Below the pieces are notes generated by a model. That model was not told the origin of the DNA. It did no database searches and saw only the letters and a list, made by a program, of their open reading frames with translations. Source: Paraspadella gotoi (lineage: Eukaryota; Animalia; Chaetognatha). Taken from it: a stretch of 12,484 nt of DNA. Positions 1 to 9,672 of the stretch are shown piece after piece (position 1 is the stretch's first letter; the number at the start of each line of letters is the position of its first letter). The stretch covers positions 5,246,094 to 5,258,577 of the forward strand of contig CM119267.1 of NCBI GenBank assembly GCA_051294375.1, in the 5' to 3' direction. The position numbers and the translations under genes were made by a program.

Positions 1-263
1 GCAGATCCGACATTGTTTGCTCAAACTTGTTTAATTTAAACTAGATAAAATTCAATAGAAAAAAATCAATTAATGTAATTAAATCTATTTAAACTAAAGT
101 TAAATTAATTCGAGGAAGTCAAAGGTTTCACAAAGGTTTCACAAAAGAGCGTCTGAAAGTCATTATAAATTAGATATAATAACGTTCTCAATTTCTCACT
201 GACGCAATTCACGCAAAAACGAGATACTCAAAACAATTTCTTTCGAGCCAATCACGGAGACAA

Positions 264-305
264 ACGACGACGACGACGACGACGACTACAATGACGACCA
301 AGTCA

Positions 306-337
<32 letters not shown>
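264..337. repeat. Interrupted (GAC)n trinucleotide microsatellite
   Basis: Two acgacgacg runs separated by a short degenerate spacer. Confidence 0.9.
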
Positions 338-469
338 TTCTCTAACGAGAACGAAGGGAGAGAAAATGAAGACGGTTTCCAAGTAATCGACCGAAACAAA
401 GTAATAACTGTAACCAAGGACGATATCATAAACAACAAAGATCGTCTCCATGACGACCGCGAAGATTGC

Positions 470-765
470 GATAATCACGGCAATTGTGAAACTCGTATCG
501 ACGGTGACTCTCAGGGATTCGCTCGGTGGATGACGTCACGAATACTCTCACCTTTCCTTTCTCCCTTTCCCTTTTCTTTTCCTCTCTTTACAACAAAAAA
601 AAAAAGGAAAGGACAAAAACTATGACTAAGTAATTGAGACGCGAGACGAAAAAAAAAAAAGATGGCGACGATGACGTCAATGCCACGCCCTCCCAGGAAA
701 AAAGACAACAGCGAAAGAAGAGAGAGATGAGTGAGTGAGAGTGAGAGGACGAAAACGAAGAACAA

Positions 766-807
<42 letters not shown>

Positions 808-1345
808 ATTCTGCAGAGGAAAGGAGTTTGCTATTTATGTTTGTTTGACAAGAGCATATTTCGTCGGTCGCCCGGTCGGTCNNNNNNNNNNNNNNNNNNN
901 NNNNNNTGATAATCACGGGCAAATGTGAAACCTCGTTATCGCACACGGTGACTTTCTCAGGGAGTCGCTGCGGTGTTATACGTCACGTAATATTCTCACC
1001 TTTCCTTTCCTCCCTTTTCGTGCCTTTCTTCCTGCTCTTTACAACAAAAAAAGAATGTATTATGATCAAGTAATGTGAACGCGGAGACGAAAAAAAAAAA
1101 ATGATGGCGACGATGACGTCCACTGCCACGCCCTCCCCAGGATAAAAAGACAACAGCGTAAAGGAACGGAAGAGCATTGTATGTGAGTGGAGAGTGACGA
1201 GACGACGAAACGAAGAACAAGACGACGACGACGACGACGACGTACGACGGACGCACGACCAGGCTCTCTGCTAGAGGAAAGGATGTTTTGCTATTTATGT
1301 TTGTACCAAGCGCAGTTATCCGTCCGGTGTGACGCCCACGTTGCG
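470..1345. repeat. Direct duplication (470-881 and 908-~1345) across a 25-N gap; probable assembly overlap artefact
   Basis: Shared colinear blocks include gataatcacgg, ctcacctttcctttc, ctctttacaacaaaaaaa, gatggcgacgatgacgtc, acgaagaacaagacgacgacg and tttgctatttatgtttgt. The second copy carries many small insertions. Confidence 0.9.
767..808. repeat. (GAC)n microsatellite
   Basis: Perfect run of about 14 GAC units; shorter counterpart at ~1221-1242 in the duplicated copy. Confidence 0.95.
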
Positions 1346-1375
1346 TCCCGTGGCCCGGCTCGCGATTTGACGCCC

Positions 1376-2070
1376 CCCGTCGGTCGATCGGTCGGTCGCC
1401 CGTGTCTTGCGCGCTTCGATCTGGTCGGATCGGCTCCTGGTCGGTCGCCCGTCGGCTCGATCGTCGGTCGCCGCGCCGGTCTTGTCGGGTCGGTTCGGTC
1501 GGTCGGTCGATCGGTCGGTCAGGTCGGTCGGTCGCTGGTCGGTCGGTCGGTCTCGAGCCGGTCTGGCTCGAAGTCGGTCGGTCGCCCGGTCCGGTTCGCC
1601 CGGTTCGGTCGATCGGTCGGTCGGCCGGCCGGTCGGTCGGTCGGTCGGTCGGTCGGTCGGTCGGTGCGCGTCGGTCGGTCGGTCGGTCGCCCGGTCGGTC
1701 GCCCGGTCGGTCGATTCGGTCGGTCGCCCGGTCTGGTCGTAACGGTTTTGCGGTTTGCGTCCTTGGTGTGTTTCCTGTGTGCTCTGCCGGTCTCTGGGTT
1801 TCGTCGGTCGGTCCGGCGCCGGATCGGTCGGGTTCGGTCGTCGGTCGGTCGCGGTCGGTCGGTCGGTCGGTCGGTCTGGTCTCTCTGTCCGGTCGGTCGC
1901 GTCGGTCGGTCGGTCGGGTCGGTCGGTCGGTCGGTCCTTCGGTCGGTCCTTCGGGTCGGTCGGTCGGTCGTCGGGCTTCCTCTCGTGGTTCGGTCGTCGG
2001 TCGGCGCTCGGCTCGGTCGGTCGGTCGGTCCGGTCGGCATTCAGTGTCGGTCGGTGCGGTCGGCTCGGTC
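1376..2070. repeat. Degenerate (GGTC)n tetranucleotide satellite
   Basis: About 700 bp of ggtc units with gccc, gatc and ggttc variants. Explains the stacked RSVG/TDRP ORFs on both strands. The same array begins at 862-881 before the gap. Confidence 0.95.
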
Positions 2071-2800
2071 TGTAATGTTGACGCCCATTCTTTCGCCATT
2101 CCGACCGGAAGTGGCCGATCGACCGAGAATAGACAACAAACGACGACAACAGCTAACAACGTACTCGAGCGGACGTCAACCATCAAACTTGGTTTTGGCT
2201 CGCTGCCAATTCAAAATATGAGGGCGGGCGGGATCTTTGGCGAGCGGAGCGTCTTGAGAGAAGAAAGGAAGAAGAAGGGTGGTGTGGCTAAGCGAGGGAG
2301 GTAAGCAGTGAGGAAAGCGGGAAGCGAGAAAAGCAAGCAGAGAGATTTTTCGTAGAAGAGGAAATGGGGAAAGCAAGCATCCAGTGCGAATTAGAAAAAG
2401 CCTGAACTGCCGGTATTTGCGGGGTATGTGTAAGTGGCGAAGCAAGCAAATGAAGCAAATGGTGCGGGGTGATTTAGATTCGAGTTGCTTGTTTATCCCG
2501 ATGGAAAAAGGCAGACAATTAAAGTTGGTGATTGGCTCGACGGAGGGATTAATTGCTTTCTCTTTCTCGAGGCTCTTCCGCAGTTTGCTTGCTCATCTCG
2601 TAGAAACTTTTTTTTCTTTCCTTTTTTTCGTTTTGTTTAATGTTTTTTTTCTCTTTTTCTTTTTTTTTAGTTTAATGTGTTTTTTTTTCCTCTCAAGTAG
2701 ATTTCTCCTTTTTCTCGGCCTCTTGACTCTGGAGGAGAAACAGTTCGGCAGTAAAATAGAAGCGAAGCCCGAAAACCCAACACATCAAGATTAAGCTTAA

Positions 2801-2803
<3 letters not shown>

Positions 2804-2836
<33 letters not shown>
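2804..2836. repeat. (CT)n microsatellite
   Basis: Perfect CT dinucleotide run. Confidence 0.95.
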
Positions 2837-2838
<2 letters not shown>

Positions 2839-2864
2839 AAAAAACAAAACACAGAAGAGAGATG

Positions 2865-4296
2865 GATATGGGAGAATGCTGGCGAGAATAATTTCTGGGG
2901 AGTGATAGTGCGGAGAACAGGAGAGTAAATTTTGGGGGCGAGTCTTATGCGCGAGCTGTGATTTCTTTGCTTAAGGTGAGAAACTGTGAGTTGATTGATG
3001 TCGTGTGAATCATATTGTGAAAATTTTGGGCAGGTTTTTGGAAAATAAGATCGTATAGTGGTGCTGGCTGCGACAATATTTTATTCGCAGGTGCATGTAC
3101 TAGTCGTTTGTCGTGGTCAAGTGTGCATTTGTCAACTATTTCTTTCTAAAGCGGCGAGCCGCGACCCGGCAGCTTGAGCAAGAGTGCAAGGATGAGCGAG
3201 TAGACGAGAGGGAGCAGGATGAGTAATAATTCTGAGGAGTTTAGCTTGAGAGAGTCAGCGAGTGCAGTGAGGGGAATGTGTGCAGCGAAGAGATTGGACG
3301 GAGCGGGAGGGAGGAGACGGGGGGAGGGGGGGCGGGGAGGGGACGGGACGAGTTGGTCGTATGCTGGTGACTTGTATAAGTGCTCTTCTTGTAGAGATAT
3401 ATATACTGTATTGGCACTGTACCCATTGGCTTTTGGTGGATGTTTGTGGTCTGCATTAGGGACTTGAGGGCCCTTTCTGTATTATGCGGAACGCAAAAGC
3501 ATGTTCCGAAGAAAAAAACTTGTGCCAGTGAAAAAGGGAAAAGTATTTCCAAACCCAACCTGTTCAGAAAATTTATTGGGAGAAAAGGGCCAGGGAGGAG
3601 AGAGGCAGAGTGAGGGAGAGAGAAAGAGAACGAGAGAGAGCAGAGAAGAGAGAGAAGAGAAAAAGAAACAGGGACGAGAGAGAAGAGAAAAGAGAAGAAA
3701 GGAGAAAGAGAGAGAGAAAGAAAGAGAAANNNNNNNNNNNNNNNNNNNNNNNNNCCTTTTCTCCCAATAAATTTCTTCTGAACAGTTGGGTTTGGAAATA
3801 CATTTTCCTTTTATGGCGTTTTTCCTTCGGAAATGTTTTGGTTCCGCTTTCAGAAGGAGTCCCGCGCCCACATCAAAAAAATGTAGGCGATAATTTTTTT
3901 CGAGAGCTTTCGTCATCACNNNNNNNNNNNNNNNNNNNNNNNNNNNNNNNNNNNNNNNNNNNNNNNNNNNNNNNNNNNNNNNNNNNNNNNNNNNNNNNNN
4001 NNNNNNNNNNNNNNNNNNNNNNNNNNNNNNNNNNNNNNNNNNNNNNNNNNNNNNNNNNNNNNNNNNNNNNNNNNNNNNNNNNNNNNNNNNNNNNNNNNNN
4101 NNNNNCTTTAGAAAAATAGTGCCGAACCCACGCCGTACAGCGCGTGCGCCGACCACATCAAGTCTTTCAATCTGATTAATATCACAAATGATCACACGAC
4201 TCAATCAATCACGTTTCTTCACAATCACAATCCGCCACGCCCCCCTTTCCCTGTTCTCGAAAATTTCATCCCCGATATCTCGACGCTTCTCATCAC
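2865..4296. repeat. Large imperfect inverted duplication (left arm 2865-3588, right arm 3755-~4296) around a GA-rich tract and a 25-N gap
   Basis: 3569-3588 aaatttattgggagaaaagg is the reverse complement of 3755-3774. 3544-3559 tatttccaaacccaac is the reverse complement of 3785-3800. ~2990-3020 ttgattgatgtcgtgtgaatcatattgtga matches the reverse complement of ~4183-4210. ~3136-3151 matches the reverse complement of 4106-4119. The left arm is insertion-rich. Confidence 0.88.
3590..3729. repeat. Degenerate (GA)n polypurine tract
   Basis: Nearly all A/G, imperfect GA periodicity, abuts the 25-N gap. Confidence 0.85.
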
Positions 4297-4347
4297 GTTT
4301 CATTTATGAGCGGAACAAAATTATTGTTTTAATTTCTTTTTAATTTA

Positions 4348-4350
<3 letters not shown>

Positions 4351-4381
<31 letters not shown>
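4351..4381. repeat. (CT)n microsatellite running into a gap
   Basis: Perfect TC run ending at N 4382. Confidence 0.95.
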
Positions 4382-5207
4382 NNNNNNNNNNNNNNNNNNN
4401 NNNNNNNNNNNNNNNNNNNNNNNNNNNNNNNNNNNNNNNNNNNNNNNNNNNNNNNNNNNNNNNNNNNNNNNNNNNNNNNNNNNNNNNNNNNNNNNNNNNN
4501 NNNNNNNNNNNNNNNNNNNNNNNNNNNNNNNNNNNNNNNNNNNNNNNNNNNNNNNNNNNNGGATTTTTCCCGGCTTTTATCTCGCCGGCCGCCGGAATAA
4601 AAAAACGGCGAGGAATTTTCGTGATATCGCTAATGGTTCCATTTTATTCCTCTGTTCTTTTTTGGGGTCAGGCGGATTCCATCGATGGAACCGTGGGAGA
4701 ATGAATGGATGTTGACCCNNNNNNNNNNNNNNNNNNNNNNNNNNNNNNNNNNNNNNNNNNNNNNNNNNNNNNNNNNNNNNNNNNNNNNNNNNNNNNNNNN
4801 NNNNNNNNNNNNNNNNNNNNNNNNNNNNNNNNNNNNNNNNNNNNNNNNNNNNNNNNNNNNNNNNNNNNNNNNNNNNNNNNNNNNNNNNNNNNNNNNNNNN
4901 NNNNNNNNNNNNNNNNNNNNNNNNNNNNNNNNNNNNNNNNNNNNNNNNNNNNNNNNNNNNNNNNNNNNNNNNNNNNNNNNNNNNNATTGAGCGCCTCGGC
5001 GTCGACCAGTCATCATCATCGCTCTTCCGCGATTCCGCCTCGCAGCGCCGGTCGGCACGGCAACGAGCGCCGCCGTCACGCTGCGGCGCCGTAACGCCGC
5101 GGCGCCGACCTCACCCAAACGCGCGAATTCCTTGGCGTTCCGCTCGATGGCGCAGGAGAGACGAGAAATATGGCTTCTTACGCGAACAAGAAGTCGCGTC
5201 GTGAAAC

Positions 5208-5470
5208 TTGCTTCTTTTTTTCTCTCTCTTTTCTTCTTTTCCTTTTCTTTTGTTGCTTCTTTGTTATTTTTCGTTTTTGTTTCCAAGTTTGTTTTCTCTA
5301 TATTTTCGATTTTTCTTTCTTTTTTTTTTCCTTTCTTCTTTTCTTTTACTTTTGTTTTGTGTTTCGTTGTTTTTCTGTTTAGCGTGTATTCATTTTTTAT
5401 AGGCGTTTTTATTTCAGAATCTTTTCGTTTGTTTCGTTTGTTTCCTTTGTTTCCTTTGTTTCTTTTATTA
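5208..5470. repeat. T-rich low-complexity tract
   Basis: Mostly T with interspersed C/G and tttgtttcc/tttgtttcg repeats near 5428-5462; produces spurious Phe-rich ORFs. Confidence 0.8.
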
Positions 5471-7229
5471 CCGCATGTGTGAATCTCCTAAAATCCGTTG
5501 TATGTATAAACTGTAATACTTATCCAACCCCGACTTCCGATTTTAAATTACTTTCAAGTTCACGACAAAATTAAGTCGCGCCAAAACTCGTTTTTCGCTT
5601 CCAAGATTTAGTTCAAATTTCCGCGGTTCTCGGGACNNNNNNNNNNNNNNNNNNNNNNNNNNNNNNNNNNNNNNNNNNNNNNNNNNNNNNNNNNNNNNNN
5701 NNNNNNNNNNNNNNNNNNNNNNNNNNNNNNNNNNNNNNNNNNNNNNNNNNNNNNNNNNNNNNNNNNNNNNNNNNNATTTGTTCCGAGATTAAACCTTCTT
5801 CTTCGGATTCGAGATTTATGTGTTAGAGATTTGCATCTTCAAGATTTAGATTTATTCCAGTGATTTTAAGATTTACGGTGGCGGCTGCTAGATTTACTTC
5901 TTCGAGATTTACGTCTTCGCCTGACAAGATTTACTCGTTCGATTTCTTTAATTTAGAAAATGAATTTAAATGTGAATATTTAAAACGTTTCCCAATCTGC
6001 GGAGGCCAGATTTGTTTGTGAACCACTCGACGCGACCCCGTGTCTCCCTCTTTGAATCCGCGCNNNNNNNNNNNNNNNNNNNNNNNNNNNNNNNNNNNNN
6101 NNNNNNNNNNNNNNNNNNNNNNNNNNNNNNNNNNNNNNNNNNNNNNNNNNNNNNNNNNNNNNNNNNNNNNNNNNNNNNNNNNNNNNAATGGATAACAAAA
6201 GAAAAGATAATTAATCAGTAGTAAGAATTTAGTACTAGACTAAGATATTTTTTATTTGATTGAAATTTCTCTCGTTCAATTTGGTTCACTTTTTTTTTCA
6301 ATTTTGTCTTTGATGATCTTTTGCCCTTTTCTTGCGGCTGGCGGGAAATTGAAGGCCTTAAATTGTCTCAAATGTCTCAATTGTCTACTGTCTCCGACTT
6401 CGCTTTTCACAATCTTCTTAACAGTCTTTTCATCGTGTTTCTCTCTTTCACTCTCTCTCTCNNNNNNNNNNNNNNNNNNNNNNNNNNNNNNNNNNNNNNN
6501 NNNNNNNNNNNNNNNNNNNNNNNNNNNNNNNNNNNNNNNNNNNNNNNNNNNNNNNNNNNNNNNNNNNNNNNNNNNNNNNNNNNNNNNNNNNNNNNNNNNN
6601 NNNNNNNNNNNNNNNNNNNNNNNNNNNNNNNNNNNNNNNNNNNNNNNNNNNNNNNNNNNNNNNNNNNNNNNNNNNNNNNNNNNNNNNNNNNNNNNNNNNN
6701 NNNNNNNNNNNNNNNNNNNNNNNNNNNNNNNNNNNNNNNNNNNNNNNNNNNNNNNNNNNNNTTTTTTTTATCGGACATCAAAAAAAGGTGATCGGCCGTT
6801 GGAAGAAGCTCGAGGTTCTGGTTCTGGCAGCAACGATGACTCTTCAGTGCGAAGCAATCACATCCGGGCTGTTGGCGTTTGGCGTTTGGCGTCTGGCGTT
6901 GGCGTCGTCGTCGTACCCCTGAAACTTTATCGATGGGTTAAATATAAACTTGGAAAGTTATAAAACTTTTTTTTGGAAATGAAATATATATATTACTTAC
7001 TAATATATAGCTTTAAATTCCCTCTACTCATTTCTTTCATTCCGTCTCTCAAGTGCAACCTTTCCTCCCTCCTCTCCCCCCTCCCCTTCTCCTCATCCTC
7101 CTCCTCTTCCTTCCTCTCTCCTCGTCATCGTCTCCGTTAGAAAAAAGAAAGAAGCGAAAAGAAGGAAAAAGAAAAAAAAGAAAGAAAGAAAATCATAAAC
7201 CAACTGAAAATGACGCTGACAGTATCGTT

Positions 7230-7712
7230 CGTCGGATATCGTCGATGTCGTCGCCTTCGTCCTCTTCGTCGTTGTTTGTCGTCCTCTATTGTCCTCGTCA
7301 TCGTCGTCTTCGTCTTCTTCATCGTCGTCTTCATCGTCATTCTCTCTCTTCATCGTCGACGTCGTCTTCATTTTGTTATCGTTGTCTTTGTCCTCAACAT
7401 CGTCTTGTTCATCATCTTCGTCGTCGTATTCGTTTTCATCGTCTTCATTCTCGTCCTCTTCTTCTTCATCGTCGTCGTCTGCCTCTTTCTCCTCATCGTT
7501 GTCCTCGTCTTCATCGTCGTCGTCGTCGTCTTCGTCCTCTTCGTCTTCATTCTCTTCTTATTCATCGTCGTCGTCGTCTTCATTCTCGTCCTCTTTTTCT
7601 TTTTCGTCGGTGTCGTCGTCATTCTGTCGTCGTCTTCTTCTTCTTCTTCATCGTCGTCGTCGGCCTCTTCGTCCTCATCGTTGTCCTCGTCTTCATCGTC
7701 GTCGTCGTCGTT
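7230..7712. repeat. Compound TCG/TCT/TCA/TCC trinucleotide low-complexity tract with internal higher-order repeats
   Basis: TCN periodicity over ~480 bp. Exact 39-nt repeat at 7491-7529 and 7673-7711; tcgtcttcattctc at 7439, 7541 and 7574. Confidence 0.9.
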
Positions 7713-8313
7713 TCACGTCAGCCACGCCTTCCCGAGAAGGCCGCCGGCGCACCGTCGCCCGTGGTTACGAACCCCGCGAGGGTTTAGCTTTTGCTTTTAT
7801 TTTTAAACTGCTCCTCGGAGGGCGAGAAGAGGAGCTGGAAAAAAAAAGGAACAGGAGCGAAAACAATGACAAGAACAGGAGCTAAAACTGGAAACTAGAA
7901 AATAGGAAAGACTGAAAACAAGAGACGATTAGAACATTTGAAACAATGACGGTTACAATGTCGTGTCAGCAAATGTATTTCATATGGAGAGCAGTGTTTT
8001 ATTTTATTTACGTTTTAGGGCCTTTCATGATGATTTAGGTTACAATACTAAGCTACGTTAACGCTAAACTTTTCCTCTGAGATGTGTTCAATGGGGCTAA
8101 TGAAATCTCAACTCAATGTTTTATCCTGTTTTTCTTTTTTTTTCTTTTTTATCACATTGTTTTAGCGTGTCCATTTTTTTTTCTCGCTTTACTTTTTCTC
8201 ATCTCACTGCTGCATTTTAAATTTTTTCATCTTTTCACCAACAGAGTTTCGCATCTTTATTTCTTGTGTTGTACTTCGTGATATTTTTCATCCAGTTGTA
8301 TTCTCAAAGAAAG

Positions 8314-8450
8314 CCTCTCTCTCTTTCCTCTCTCTCTCTTCTCTCTCTCTCTCTCAGAGTCTCTCCTCTGCGGTTAGCTTAGTTTATGGCTTCATCTTTC
8401 TCTCTCTCTCGTCTTCTCTCTGCCGATGTCTCTCTCTCTCTCTCTCTCTA
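8314..8450. repeat. Interrupted (CT)n microsatellite cluster
   Basis: Several CT runs separated by short unique stretches. Confidence 0.85.
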
Positions 8451-8829
8451 TCCTCAAGGCAATTACGTCACCGCCGATCCAAAATTTTAAGATTTAATTA
8501 AATATTAATTTACATTTACATAATAAATAGTAAAACATTACCAACAGTCTTACGCTTGTCAAGTATGCTTCCGACGTTGTAGTTGGCCGCTTGGGCTAAT
8601 TAGTTATTCGATGATTCTCAAGCGGCATAATTGACTTTAAGATTAAATAGAAAGGACAAAGAATAATGACATCTCTCCTCTATGTCTGTTCGGTTCGCTC
8701 ATAAGACGTTCCATCGAACTCTTTCTCTTCCTTTAGGCAAATGTTGTTTTTCTGCAACGCGTTTGTAAATGAATAGGCGTGCTGAAGGCAAAATGTCTCA
8801 CTAGACAAACAGGACTGCCGCCTGCTTTC

Positions 8830-9041
8830 GTCCTTTCACTTTTTTCTTTCCCTTTTTTTCCCATCTTTTTGTTTATTTTTTTCTTTTTCCTCTTTGTCCT
8901 TCCTTTCATTGTCCTTGATTGCTTTCTCTTCCCTTTTTAATCATCTTTTGTTTATTTTGCCCCTTAATTCTCTCTCCTCTCATCTCTCTCTTCTGTTTCT
9001 CTTCATTCTCTTCTCTCTCTCTTCTCGTCTCCTCAGTCGTC

Positions 9042-9072
<31 letters not shown>

Positions 9073-9590
9073 TTCCAGCCGCCAAGATTCCATTCTTTAT
9101 TCCTCGCTCTTCCATTATTACATTTTTTTTTCTCCTTCATTCCTACATTTCTCTTCCGCTCATACTTTCCCCCTTATCCCTATCTTTTCTTCCTCCCTTT
9201 TCCCCCCTCTCCTCTCTCCCTTTCTTTTCTTTTTCCTCCTCCCTCTTTTCCTCCACTGCCCCCCCCTCTTCTTCATTCTTCAAAACCGCCTCGTCTCCAA
9301 AAACCCGGAGCGTTTTCCCTTTCATTTCCCGCTAAAAATAGGGAAGAGAAGAAACAGAGGGAAAATTGGGGGCATAAAGCAAGATAGATGCGTTTTGAAA
9401 GGCTTCCCCCTTTATTTTTTCTCCTTTCTCTTTCTCTCTCTCTCTCTCCTCTCTGACTCTCTCTCTCTCTTCTTTTTTACTTACTTTTATTTTTTGTTTC
9501 CTTTTCGCTTGAAGCCTCTCTTCGTTTTTATCGGTTTTTCGTCTACAGTTTTTTCTTTTTTTTATTTTCTTTCTTTTTTTTCTCTTTAAA
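8830..9590. repeat. Extended polypyrimidine / degenerate (CT)n low-complexity region
   Basis: Strong C/T strand bias, broken by a purine-rich patch at ~9335-9390. Confidence 0.8.
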
Positions 9591-9647
9591 AGTATTTTCC
9601 CTATTATTTGTTTGTATCCATTTTCCATACCTACCATTACTTCGTAT

Positions 9648-9672
9648 TTTCTAGAAAATTCTAGAGCTTTCC
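9648..9672. promoter_or_regulatory. Candidate heat shock element (alternating nGAAn/nTTCn array)
   Basis: tTTCt aGAAa aTTCt aGAGc tTTCc: five contiguous in-phase inverted pentamers, four perfect and the first three consecutive. Motif match only; function untested. Confidence 0.45.

Noticed and set aside
121-145. 11-bp tandem duplication aaaggtttcac x2 (similar short tandems at 6361-6395 and 6871-6906)
   Set aside because: Ordinary slippage-type micro-duplications with no element between the copies.
996-2304. Long overlapping ORFs (up to 396 aa) on both strands
   Set aside because: They are translations of the stop-free (GGTC)n satellite (RSVG/TDRP repeats), with no domain signature.
4677-4690. 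Perfect 14-bp palindrome TTCCATCGATGGAA
   Set aside because: Isolated, with no terminal repeat, target-site duplication or other context; not far beyond chance in 12 kb.
5781-5946. Repeat-spacer appearance suggestive of a CRISPR-like array
   Set aside because: Repeats are only ~7 nt with irregular short spacers, the context is eukaryotic and there are no cas genes.
6770-6922. + frame KKLEVLVLAATMTLQCEAITSGLLAFGVW, with Ig-like TLQCEA and a Trp 13 residues after the Cys
   Set aside because: The Trp comes from a TTGGCGT tandem repeat, there is no G-x-P-x-P loop, no GT donor at the expected place, and the frame stops at 6920-6922. Probably chance, though a blastx would settle it.
7722-7787. 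PRLPEKAAGAPSPVVTN after tttcacgtcAG, resembling an Ig A-x-G-x-P-x-P-x-V-x-W loop
   Set aside because: Lacks both the B-strand Cys and the C-strand Trp, and the donor candidates are poor.
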